Part shown: positions 48,223-58,147 of the stretch, in pieces | Layout of the letters: every line of letters starts with the position of its first letter | Position numbering within the stretch: the stretch's first letter is position 1 | Assembly: GCA_964641245.1 (NCBI GenBank) | Contig: CAZXML010000003.1 | Location: 17,395 to 81,394 of the forward strand | Origin: an uncultured Gammaproteobacteria bacterium | GTDB taxonomy: Bacteria > Patescibacteriota > Patescibacteriia > Magasanikbacterales > GWA2-37-8 | Length of the DNA stretch: 64,000 bases | Direction: 5' to 3' | Notes under the pieces: model-generated | The model's input: the letters and a program-made list of their open reading frames with translations, nothing else | What the model was told of the DNA's origin: nothing | Databases searched by the model: none | Position numbers and translations under genes: made by a program

Positions 48223-48270
48223 AATTTATTTCAGCATCTACGTAGATCCTGAAACTAGTTCAGGATGACA
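48223..48270. repeat. Family A palindromic element
   Basis: tgtcatgctgaatttatttcagcatc..gatcctgaaactagttcaggatgaca. Confidence 0.85.
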
Positions 48271-48593
48271 GTTAAAAAATTTGGACTGTTGATAAATTTA
48301 TGCCCTTCAATTGTTTCATCAATCGTAAGGGGCGGCAGTTTGTATAATTTTTGGACGTCTTTTAAACTTAGGTCAGTAATCATTCCTACCGTGCTCATGC
48401 CTTTGGGCATCATCATTACCATGGCCATAAAGTGGCTTTGGCAATGCGCGCAGGTAAAATGGACAAATCTGGCGTCGCTTTCATTTATAAACAACTTGCC
48501 GGCAGATTTGTAGTCATGACCGCAAATCGGACAATGGCTAATCAGTTTTAAAGTTTTTCGCCAAGAATCGGCTTTGCTATTGTTTGGCAACAT
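48255..48593 (-). CDS. Hypothetical zinc-ribbon protein
   Basis: 112 aa. CPICGH...CAHCQSH Cys4-type motif. Confidence 0.4.
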   Translation of the reverse strand: MLPNNSKADSWRKTLKLISHCPICGHDYKSAGKLFINESDARFVHFTCAHCQSHFMAMVMMMPKGMSTVGMITDLSLKDVQKLYKLPPLTIDETIEGHKFINSPNFLTVILN

Positions 48594-48850
48594 AATATAT
48601 TATGTACGAAATACGAAAATTGCGAAAATACGAAATTTTACATACCGATCAGTTTGCGTTTTCGTAGCTTTCGTATTTCGTACATCCGCCTTAATATTAA
48701 AGGATTTTGCGGATTTTGTCAATAGTTTAAATACTAAGGTATTTTTCACACACGCTCGGAAAAGAAAAAGCGTTTTCTTTTCTCTCACTTTGTGTAAAAA
48801 ATAAAGAAGCCCCGGGCAACCAATAATGGCGCAGGGGGCCGATGGAAAAA

Positions 48851-49129
48851 CTACTTTTTACCTAGTTGGATAGTTTCGTTGAGAATCTTGATGTTCTCCT
48901 TTTGCACAACGAGCTTGAGTTGGAGCTTGTCGCCCTCTACCTGACAGCGTTTGTCGATTAGAGGGTGAAGGGTGGGCGATTTTTGATACGGCGGTTCACC
49001 CTCAATAACGATTTCTTTCCTCTGTCCCGGCCCGGTCTCAATAAAGTAATGAAATCGTTTTTGTTTCCTTCCATCTGCTCCGTCTACCTCTAAAACCTGC
49101 CCCACAATTTTTCCGACGAGCTTTTCCAT
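48851..49129 (-). CDS. Hypothetical small protein
   Basis: Start MEKLVGKIVGQ, 7 nt after perfect AGGAGG. Promoter TTGACC-15-TATAAA at 49151-49177 (minus). Confidence 0.45.
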   Translation of the reverse strand: MEKLVGKIVGQVLEVDGADGRKQKRFHYFIETGPGQRKEIVIEGEPPYQKSPTLHPLIDKRCQVEGDKLQLKLVVQKENIKILNETIQLGKK

Positions 49130-49218
49130 GATTTTCCTCCTGATTATCAGTTTATAGCAAAGTGGCTGGTTGGTCAATTGTCTTCCACCTTTTATTTGCA
49201 CAAAAGGTGAAAATAACT

Positions 49219-50313
49219 TTAGTATCTCTTCACCAACATACTCTCCAAAATCCCGACCAATAGAAGATTTATCACCAAAGAAGACCCGCCGTAACTTACA
49301 AAAGGCAACGTTACGCCGGTAATTGGTAGAAGACCCAAATTTGCTCCCAAATTGGTAATTAATTGCGCGAAAAATAAAATTAAAATTCCGGTGGCGGTGG
49401 CGGCTACAAAATCATCGTCGGATTTTTTGATTATGAGCAGTAGGCGCCAAAATAAAAGTGAAAATAAAATTAGCAAGGCCACTACTCCGGCTAGCCCCAG
49501 CTCTTCACCGATAACCGAAAACACAAAGTCTGTCTGTGCTTCCGGCAAAAAACGCAACTGGCTTTGCGAGCCAAATCCCAAACCGCGCCCAAATATTTTT
49601 CCGGCGCCAACGGCAATAATAGACTGGGTGACATTGTAGCCGCTGCCCAGCGGATCGCGTCCGGGATCAATAAAATTCGCCAAGCGGTCTTTTTGATAAT
49701 CTTTTAAAAAGAAAAACCAACCGGAAACCGCCAGGAGTATTATGGCGACGGTAAGCAAAAATAAATACAAACGACGCGCGCCCACCGCCCACACCATGCC
49801 AAACCAGATAGCGCCTAGTAGCACCGCCGAACCCAAATCCGGTTGCATCATGGTTAAACCCAAAAGCAAAAACGCCACAATGCCCGTGCCAAAGAAAAAT
49901 AAAGGCCGGTCAAATCTTCTGCCAAAGCGGGAAATTATATAAGCAATCATTAAAATCAATCCGATTTTGGCCATTTCTACTGGTTGAAAAGAAAATCCAA
50001 CCAAATTAAACCATCCTTTGGTGCCGCGGACAGTATGCCCAAAAATTAAAACCGAAGCCATTAATAATAAAGAAAACAGATACCACCATTTGGCCACATA
50101 ACGCCAAAGAGTATGCTGGCTGGTGGCGGCCACAAATAATAAAACCAAGCCAATGCTTAACGCCAATAATTGTTTTTTGAAAAAAAATAAATTTGAACTG
50201 CGCGATAAATCCACGCTGTAAACTGCGGCCATACCCATCAGCACCAACAAAATAACCGCCGTAAAAAGCGGCCAGTCAAAACTGCGCGAGGATAATTTTT
50301 GGAAGTTTAACAT
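49219..50313 (-). CDS. SEDS-family peptidoglycan glycosyltransferase (FtsW/RodA)
   Basis: 364 aa. 10 TM helices. Conserved FtsW/RodA loop motifs. Confidence 0.85.
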   Translation of the reverse strand: MLNFQKLSSRSFDWPLFTAVILLVLMGMAAVYSVDLSRSSNLFFFKKQLLALSIGLVLLFVAATSQHTLWRYVAKWWYLFSLLLMASVLIFGHTVRGTKGWFNLVGFSFQPVEMAKIGLILMIAYIISRFGRRFDRPLFFFGTGIVAFLLLGLTMMQPDLGSAVLLGAIWFGMVWAVGARRLYLFLLTVAIILLAVSGWFFFLKDYQKDRLANFIDPGRDPLGSGYNVTQSIIAVGAGKIFGRGLGFGSQSQLRFLPEAQTDFVFSVIGEELGLAGVVALLILFSLLFWRLLLIIKKSDDDFVAATATGILILFFAQLITNLGANLGLLPITGVTLPFVSYGGSSLVINLLLVGILESMLVKRY

Positions 50314-50386
50314 AGGCCGAGTAGCAAGTATTAAGTATTATGTATTAAGCAGTGTCCGCTCGATACTTAATACTTGATACATAATA

Positions 50387-51358
50387 CTAAATACCTGGCG
50401 TTGCGTACACCCCCTCATCATAAAGATTTATGATGGGATAGAGCGCGATTTCGGTGGCGCTTAATCCGGAGGAAAAATTGCGGAGGTCAATGTCTTTTGT
50501 TTCCATAGAATTTATGGAATCCAAATGCAGGGGAAGAATACCAACCATCTGTCCGTTTTGCAACAGCCCCACATAAAAATCCGCATTTACATAACTGTAC
50601 GGGCTGGCGTTGGTAAGTTTAAACTGAAGCGCGTCCGTGTTGGTTCCTTCCTGCGCCAATGATTTAAGAAAAACAAAATCGCTGACCGAAAAATTTAACC
50701 GGTAATCCTGCCAGCTTTTGGTGTCGGGAATTGTGTGCGCGGAAATTCGTTCGTATTTTATATTTTCCAAAACAATCACGGGTTTAACCCACGCCTCTCC
50801 ACCAACTGGCAGATCAAATCCCAAATACGCCACCAACCGGCTTTCCCCGGGCATTAAAAAACTTTTTTGCGTTGGAGTTTTTTCCCCGCTGATTACAAAA
50901 TAATAATCAAAGGTGGCCAGAAACCGGCTATTTGGATTTATTAAATCCGCCACCGCATCAAATTTATTTTCCCGGCTGGAAAAAATTTGCGAACTTATAG
51001 CCTGAACCGGCTGGGCGCTAAAGTGCGGATGAATGCCGGTGTAGTTTACCGAAGCGGACAAGCTGGCTTGCACCCGTTGCGCGTCCGGAATGCCCAACAA
51101 ATAAATCCCCCACTGCCACAAACCAAAAATTATAAAAACAGAATTTACAGCAATTAAACCAATTAACAATACTCTATATAGAAGCGCCTTATGTTTTACA
51201 TACCAAAAACCCCATTTTAATTCTTGGGAGGTAAATTCTTGGGTAGGGTCTTCGTACTTTGTAGCCCCTTTCTTTACGACAGGCGGGATTGAAGAGCCGT
51301 CGGCTAGCGGAGCGGTTTTGTCGCCGTCGTGATTGTTGGGATTATAAATGTTTAACAT
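50387..51358 (-). CDS. Hypothetical membrane-anchored protein
   Basis: 323 aa. One TM helix after residue 60. No family recognised. Confidence 0.5.
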   Translation of the reverse strand: MLNIYNPNNHDGDKTAPLADGSSIPPVVKKGATKYEDPTQEFTSQELKWGFWYVKHKALLYRVLLIGLIAVNSVFIIFGLWQWGIYLLGIPDAQRVQASLSASVNYTGIHPHFSAQPVQAISSQIFSSRENKFDAVADLINPNSRFLATFDYYFVISGEKTPTQKSFLMPGESRLVAYLGFDLPVGGEAWVKPVIVLENIKYERISAHTIPDTKSWQDYRLNFSVSDFVFLKSLAQEGTNTDALQFKLTNASPYSYVNADFYVGLLQNGQMVGILPLHLDSINSMETKDIDLRNFSSGLSATEIALYPIINLYDEGVYATPGI

Positions 51359-51922
51359 AACTTATTTATTATATCACAAAAATAACGTTCCGAAAAATTG
51401 TTACTCCACCTTTTGTGCAAACAAAAGGTGGAGCCCAAAATTGCCGAGCTGATGAACTTTGCCTCGAACTGCCATCAACTCACCTTTGTTCGTGTTCAGA
51501 AGAGCAAGCAATCGCACTTCACACGTCTCCCTACGGGAGACCACAAAGCCTCATCGTGGCCAGTTCGGGCGAAAGTTCAAATGCTCGGACGGTGTCTGTT
51601 GGTGATTGTCTGTTGTCCACCGGTGTCCGGGCGAGCATTGGACAAGGTGAAGTTAAATTTAGAGATGAGTTGGGAACGGTCTTCCCGAAGGGAGACTGGT
51701 TGTGCTGTTTGAGACTACCTGTTAGAAACAGGTAGTTGAGTTCACAACCAGAGTGACAACGAGTCCTAAATTTTCTGAAGCTTTCCACCGCGAGCGCTTC
51801 TTGGTTACTTCTTCTGAAGAAGTGACGAAAGACCAGTTTGCTTGTCCGGAAAAGGCAACAAAGTGTTTTGCTTACGCAAATATAAATTAAAAAACCCGCC
51901 TTCCGAAGAAGAACGGGCCGTG

Positions 51923-52504
51923 TTAATTGTTCGGAATTTTCCGTCGTACCATCCGGCATTCATGATGCAAGCGACACATCATTTTAACGTCCAGAGGTAA
52001 AACAAATGTCGGGTGCTCATATGACATCACCGAATCGGTTCCGGCTGGAACATCGTTGTCGTCCCTATCAAGAGTGTGGCCAAACTCGTGCGCCACAATG
52101 CGCGGGATAATCTGGTTTGAACTTTCAAACACAATCTTGGGATAAGAAAATGGCTCCCAATTGTAGCATGCGGCAAAACCTTTTCCGCCGCAAGCTCCTT
52201 TCTGAATCTGCAAATGAATGACATCGTTAAACATATACAGTGGAAGTTCATCCACCGTATGAACAATTACCACTCTTGGACGATTGGTGGCGTCAAAATA
52301 ATGAAACCACTGATGAACCCCGGCATAAATCTGGCGTTCGCGGGATTCACGACAGGCTTCATAGCCAAACGCGTAATCTTCGCAACCGGACCAAAAACTG
52401 TCATCAGTCACCATGTAGACTGGGTGACGCAAATCCATGTAGGGAGCCCGACTGGCGCAACTACAAGTAATACAAAGAACAATTGCCATGAAAAGAGCGC
52501 GCAT
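51923..52504 (-). CDS. GC-rich secreted zinc metalloprotease (HExxH + Met-turn, metzincin/snapalysin-like)
   Basis: N-terminal signal/lipobox (LCITCSC). HEFGHTLDRDD followed by SVMSY. Confidence 0.55.
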   Translation of the reverse strand: MRALFMAIVLCITCSCASRAPYMDLRHPVYMVTDDSFWSGCEDYAFGYEACRESRERQIYAGVHQWFHYFDATNRPRVVIVHTVDELPLYMFNDVIHLQIQKGACGGKGFAACYNWEPFSYPKIVFESSNQIIPRIVAHEFGHTLDRDDNDVPAGTDSVMSYEHPTFVLPLDVKMMCRLHHECRMVRRKIPNN

Positions 52505-52608
52505 GTTTCTACTCCTTATATACTAAGGTAGCACTATGTGAAAAATATAGCAAAAAAACGGCCCGCCTTCCGAAGAAAGCGAACCTAATTGGCATTCGGG
52601 TTGACATG

Positions 52609-53151
52609 TTAGTCATTGTCCAGTACATCAACCGCCGACTTCAGTACAACGAGCAATCTGCCTAAATCATCCAGTGGCAAGTTGTGCAAACAAGTACTAT
52701 GTTTAGCGCACAAAACCTTAACTATATAACGAATCAACTCCGGCTGGCCCTTTAATATTTCGCCCCAAAGATACTGGTCGGCAAATTTGGGATGCGCAGA
52801 CGCAACTTTCTTTATTAACTCATGATTAGCCAGAAACGCCGCAATGAGCTCGGCGGAATCTATACGACGAACTGTCCAACCGGCCAAACGAAATGTATCA
52901 AAAATCACTTCGCTAAGAAAAAGACCAACCGGCTGACTCTCGTCGCTAAGCACCATTGTAAAAACCAGAAAGAACTGCAACAGTCCAGGCTGATCGCGCT
53001 CAAGGACTTTGAACGCCTGCTTTCCGGCCTCTTCCAGCACAGTTGCGTTGGCGTCCGCCGGAAGCAGTTTAGACGAATACAAATCATTCCGATTATGAAG
53101 ACTTGTCGCCACCCGTTCCACAAGTGATTTACTAATTACCAGCTTGCCCAT
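52609..53151 (-). CDS. GC-rich hypothetical all-alpha protein adjacent to the metalloprotease
   Basis: Start MGKLVISKSL. No family recognised. Same 3' motif ccgccttccgaagaa as the protease gene. Confidence 0.45.
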   Translation of the reverse strand: MGKLVISKSLVERVATSLHNRNDLYSSKLLPADANATVLEEAGKQAFKVLERDQPGLLQFFLVFTMVLSDESQPVGLFLSEVIFDTFRLAGWTVRRIDSAELIAAFLANHELIKKVASAHPKFADQYLWGEILKGQPELIRYIVKVLCAKHSTCLHNLPLDDLGRLLVVLKSAVDVLDND

Positions 53152-53267
53152 TTTTTCACCTCCAACGTGATGTTGTTGCGTGTAACGTAACATCTATAAT
53201 ATTGTTGGTCAATAATTATGGCACGGACTACCCTTGCTCTCTTTATCTTTATATGATAAAATAATGA

Positions 53268-55586
<2,319 letters not shown>

Positions 55587-55737
55587 TTTTTAGTCATAAA
55601 TTTTATGGGAAATCCAGAGGGTGGACACGGTGAGAGAAGAGATGCGGAATACTTTAATCGAGAAATTCTAATCTATAGATGTGCACACCCCCTCTTGACT
55701 TATTCCCCGTAATAGGGTAATATTAACTCATCAAATA

Positions 55738-55765
55738 AAGACAGCCGCAAGGCTGTTTTAAAAAA
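55738..55765 (+). terminator. Terminator after gyrB
   Basis: acagccgcaaggctgt + tttta. Confidence 0.6.
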
Positions 55766-55766
55766 C

Positions 55767-55853
55767 CTAAAATATAGGGGCTTCGCCACATATATACTCA
55801 TTCGCTCGAAAATAATCAAAAACATTTGATTATTTCTCTCACTCATTTCGTAT
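55767..55853. repeat. Conserved promoter/leader element L, copy abutting the secE start codon
   Basis: Inverted repeat aaataatcaaa-aaca-tttgattattt at 55810-55835. ctcactcatttcgtatATG. Confidence 0.8.
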
Positions 55854-56042
55854 ATGATCAACGCAATCAAAAACTACTTTGTCGGGGCTTTTCAGGAAAT
55901 GAGAAAAGTTACCTGGCCTTCCAAAAGCCAGACTATAAATTACAGTGTATTGGTAATCGCTTTAAGCGTCGGCATGGCTCTATTTTTCGGCTTATTGGAT
56001 TACATATTTAGTTGGGGCGTTACAAATTTATTTTTAAAGTAA
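55854..56042 (+). CDS. secE: Preprotein translocase subunit SecE
   Basis: 62 aa. Single TM. Sits upstream of nusG. Confidence 0.8.
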   Translation: MINAIKNYFVGAFQEMRKVTWPSKSQTINYSVLVIALSVGMALFFGLLDYIFSWGVTNLFLK

Positions 56043-56048
56043 TTTAAC

Positions 56049-56189
56049 TGTCATCCTGAACTTGTTTCAGGATCTCTGTCCGTGAGTTGTCATTCCCGCC
56101 CGAGAGCGGGAATCCAGTCGACGATTGTCTGGATTCCCAATCAAGTTGGGAATGACATGCGCAGATGCTGAAATAAATTCAGCATGACA
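56049..56189. repeat. Family A element with a nested family D element (56088-56157)
   Basis: tgtcatcctgaacttgtttcaggatctctgtccgtgagt[tgtcattcccgcccgagagcgggaatccag...ggattcccaatcaagttgggaatgaca]tgcgcagatgctgaaataaattcagcatgaca. Confidence 0.8.
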
Positions 56190-56202
56190 AAAAACACATT
56201 AT

Positions 56203-56748
56203 ATGGCCAAACAAACACTCAACCTTGGCAAGCGCTGGTACGTGCTACACACTTACAGCGGTTACGAGGAAAACGTAAAAACAAATTTGGAACAACGCCG
56301 TGAATCTTTTGCCATGCAAGACAAAATTTTTAATATTTTGGTTCCTAAGGAAAAGAAAATAAAAATTAAAAACAGCAAACGGTTGGTTGTAGAAGAAAAA
56401 ATGTTCCCGGGTTATGTACTCGTAGAAATGATTGTGACCGATGATTCCTGGTACGTAGTCCGCAACACCCCAAACGTCACCGGCTTCGTTGGCTCCGGCA
56501 CCACCCCTACTCCAATAGACCAGGCAGAAGTAGACGGCTTGGTAAAAAGAATGTCCGCTTCCGAACCACAACATCAAATTAATTTTGAAATTAACGAATT
56601 GGTGCGGATTACCGATGGACCGTTCAAAAACTTTGAGGGTAAGGTCAGTAACGTTGATCAGGAGAGAGGCAAGGTTAAAGTTCTTATCACCATGTTCGGA
56701 CGCGAAACACCGGTAGAATTGGATGCGATGCAGGTAAAAAAAGCGTAA
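56203..56748 (+). CDS. nusG: Transcription termination/antitermination factor NusG
   Basis: 181 aa. WYVLHTYSGYE and KOW motif. Confidence 0.9.
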   Translation: MAKQTLNLGKRWYVLHTYSGYEENVKTNLEQRRESFAMQDKIFNILVPKEKKIKIKNSKRLVVEEKMFPGYVLVEMIVTDDSWYVVRNTPNVTGFVGSGTTPTPIDQAEVDGLVKRMSASEPQHQINFEINELVRITDGPFKNFEGKVSNVDQERGKVKVLITMFGRETPVELDAMQVKKA

Positions 56749-56773
56749 TTAAATAAAGAAAGTGATCGCGGAC

Positions 56774-56912
56774 TGTCATTCTGAGCACAGCGAAGAATCC
56801 CTCTCTGTCATTCTCGCCAAAGCGGGAATCCAGTGTCCGATTGTCTGGATTCCCATTGTTATGGGAATGACAATTAAACGGACAGAGATCCTTCACTACG
56901 TTCAGGATGACA
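56774..56912. repeat. Family B element (inverted) with a nested family D element (56816-56872)
   Basis: tgtcattctgagcacagcgaagaatccctctc[tgtcattctcgccaaagcgggaatccag...ggattcccattgttatgggaatgaca]attaaacggacagagatccttcactacgttcaggatgaca. Confidence 0.8.
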
Positions 56913-56963
56913 AGTACCGGCTTCTCGGTCATAATTCTTAATTCATAATTCTTACTTAAATCT

Positions 56964-57389
56964 ATGGCAAAAAAATTAATGGCGCAAATCAAATTGCAGA
57001 TTGTCGGCGGAGCCGCTAACCCGGCCCCACCAGTCGGCCCGGCTTTGGGCCAGCACGGCGTAAATATCCAGGGCTTCTGTAAGGAATTCAACGAAAAGAC
57101 CCAGGATAAAAAAGGCGAAGTAGTGCCGGTAATCATTTCCGTTTACGAAGACCGCAGTTTCAGTTTCATAATGAAAACTCCTCCGGTTCCGGAATTGATT
57201 AAAAAAGCGGCGGGTATAGAAAAAGGTTCTGCCAAACCTTTGCAAGACAAAGTTGGCAAAATCACCAAAGCCCAAGTTCGCCAAATCGCCGAAAAGAAAA
57301 TGCCGGACTTAAACTGCCACACCGTAGAAGCCGCCATGAGTATGGTGGAAGGTACGGCCAGAAATATGGGTGTTACCATTGAGGGATAA
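56964..57389 (+). CDS. rplK: 50S ribosomal protein L11
   Basis: [32 protein letters not shown]. Confidence 0.95.
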   Translation: MAKKLMAQIKLQIVGGAANPAPPVGPALGQHGVNIQGFCKEFNEKTQDKKGEVVPVIISVYEDRSFSFIMKTPPVPELIKKAAGIEKGSAKPLQDKVGKITKAQVRQIAEKKMPDLNCHTVEAAMSMVEGTARNMGVTIEG

Positions 57390-57429
57390 CACGAATGCGC
57401 TTGAGCGCCACAAATAACACAAATAAAAA

Positions 57430-57462
57430 ATGAAGACGTCCCGGTTGGGGCGTCTTTTAGTT
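57430..57462. terminator. Rho-independent terminator
   Basis: agacgtcccggttggggcgtct + tttagtt. Confidence 0.7.
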
Positions 57463-57484
57463 GTGCTGTTTTAACGGAAATGTG

Positions 57485-58042
57485 TTACGGACAAACGCCG
57501 AGCGTGTCGCCGTGCGCCAGATGGGCGGGAACGGCTGGTGTGCCGACACAGATGTTGTGAAGATTGGCCGGATTGCCGGGTGGGTAATGGCAAAGAAGGG
57601 CCTTACCGGACGCGCAGGATTCATCATCCCCGTCGTCGCCGTCTCCGTCGCAGACGCACTGGCCGTCCACGCAGATTTGACCTTCGGGGCAGTCGTCGTC
57701 GGAGTAGCACCCCGGAACGCCGGCATCGGAAACGCCGACAACACCACCATCATGAACTTCGCCAACTCCTCCGTCAGAAGTGCCGATGACGACATTCGCA
57801 TCAGCAGTGTCAACAGTATTGCTGTCGGGCAGGCTGGCATCAGCGTTCATTTCACCTCCGTCAACCTGGGTCATGCTAGCATCGTCCTGGCTCTGCGTCG
57901 CATCCATACTATCTGCCGGCACCATGCCGTCAGCCAGCAATACCCCGCCATCCAGGTCATAGCCACCAGGAGGACTTTGGCCACAGCCAGCCATGAGCAC
58001 AAAAGCAAAGAGCGTTGTCATTCGGTTCATCATCGTTCGCAT
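57485..58042 (-). CDS. GC-rich acidic Cys-rich lipoprotein (Asp/Gly-rich, about 62% GC)
   Basis: Signal + lipobox LMAGC. AGGAG 6 nt before ATG. CPEGQICVDGQCVCDGDGDDG. Confidence 0.5.
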   Translation of the reverse strand: MRTMMNRMTTLFAFVLMAGCGQSPPGGYDLDGGVLLADGMVPADSMDATQSQDDASMTQVDGGEMNADASLPDSNTVDTADANVVIGTSDGGVGEVHDGGVVGVSDAGVPGCYSDDDCPEGQICVDGQCVCDGDGDDGDDESCASGKALLCHYPPGNPANLHNICVGTPAVPAHLAHGDTLGVCP

Positions 58043-58147
58043 CGGATTCTCCTTTTTGGTTCTGTGTTCGGAACAGGTTTGGGTTTATTCTATATAGCTC
58101 CACATATAACCTCACTCGCTCGGAAGTAGCCAAGCATGCTTGGCACT

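Noticed and set aside
51886-51919. cccgccttccgaagaa motifs as intrinsic terminators (also 52553-52590)
   Set aside because: The stems are short (cttc-cgaa-gaag plus cccg/cggg) and interrupted. Reported as a shared sequence motif rather than as confident terminators.
51400-51920. Possible RNase P RNA or tmRNA
   Set aside because: I could not find the P4 consensus (AGGAAAGTCCGGGCTCC / ACAGAACCCGGCTTA), nor a tmRNA tag reading frame or tRNA-like 3' end. Left as an unexplained structured region.
51398-51959. Three overlapping 100-142 aa ORFs in the GC-rich noncoding stretch
   Set aside because: They overlap one another, lack RBSs and have no domain-like composition. The region is better described as noncoding and structured.
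57461-58129. 222-aa plus-strand ORF antisense to the GC-rich lipoprotein
   Set aside because: The minus-strand frame has a signal peptide, lipobox and AGGAG RBS. The plus frame is an artefact of high GC.
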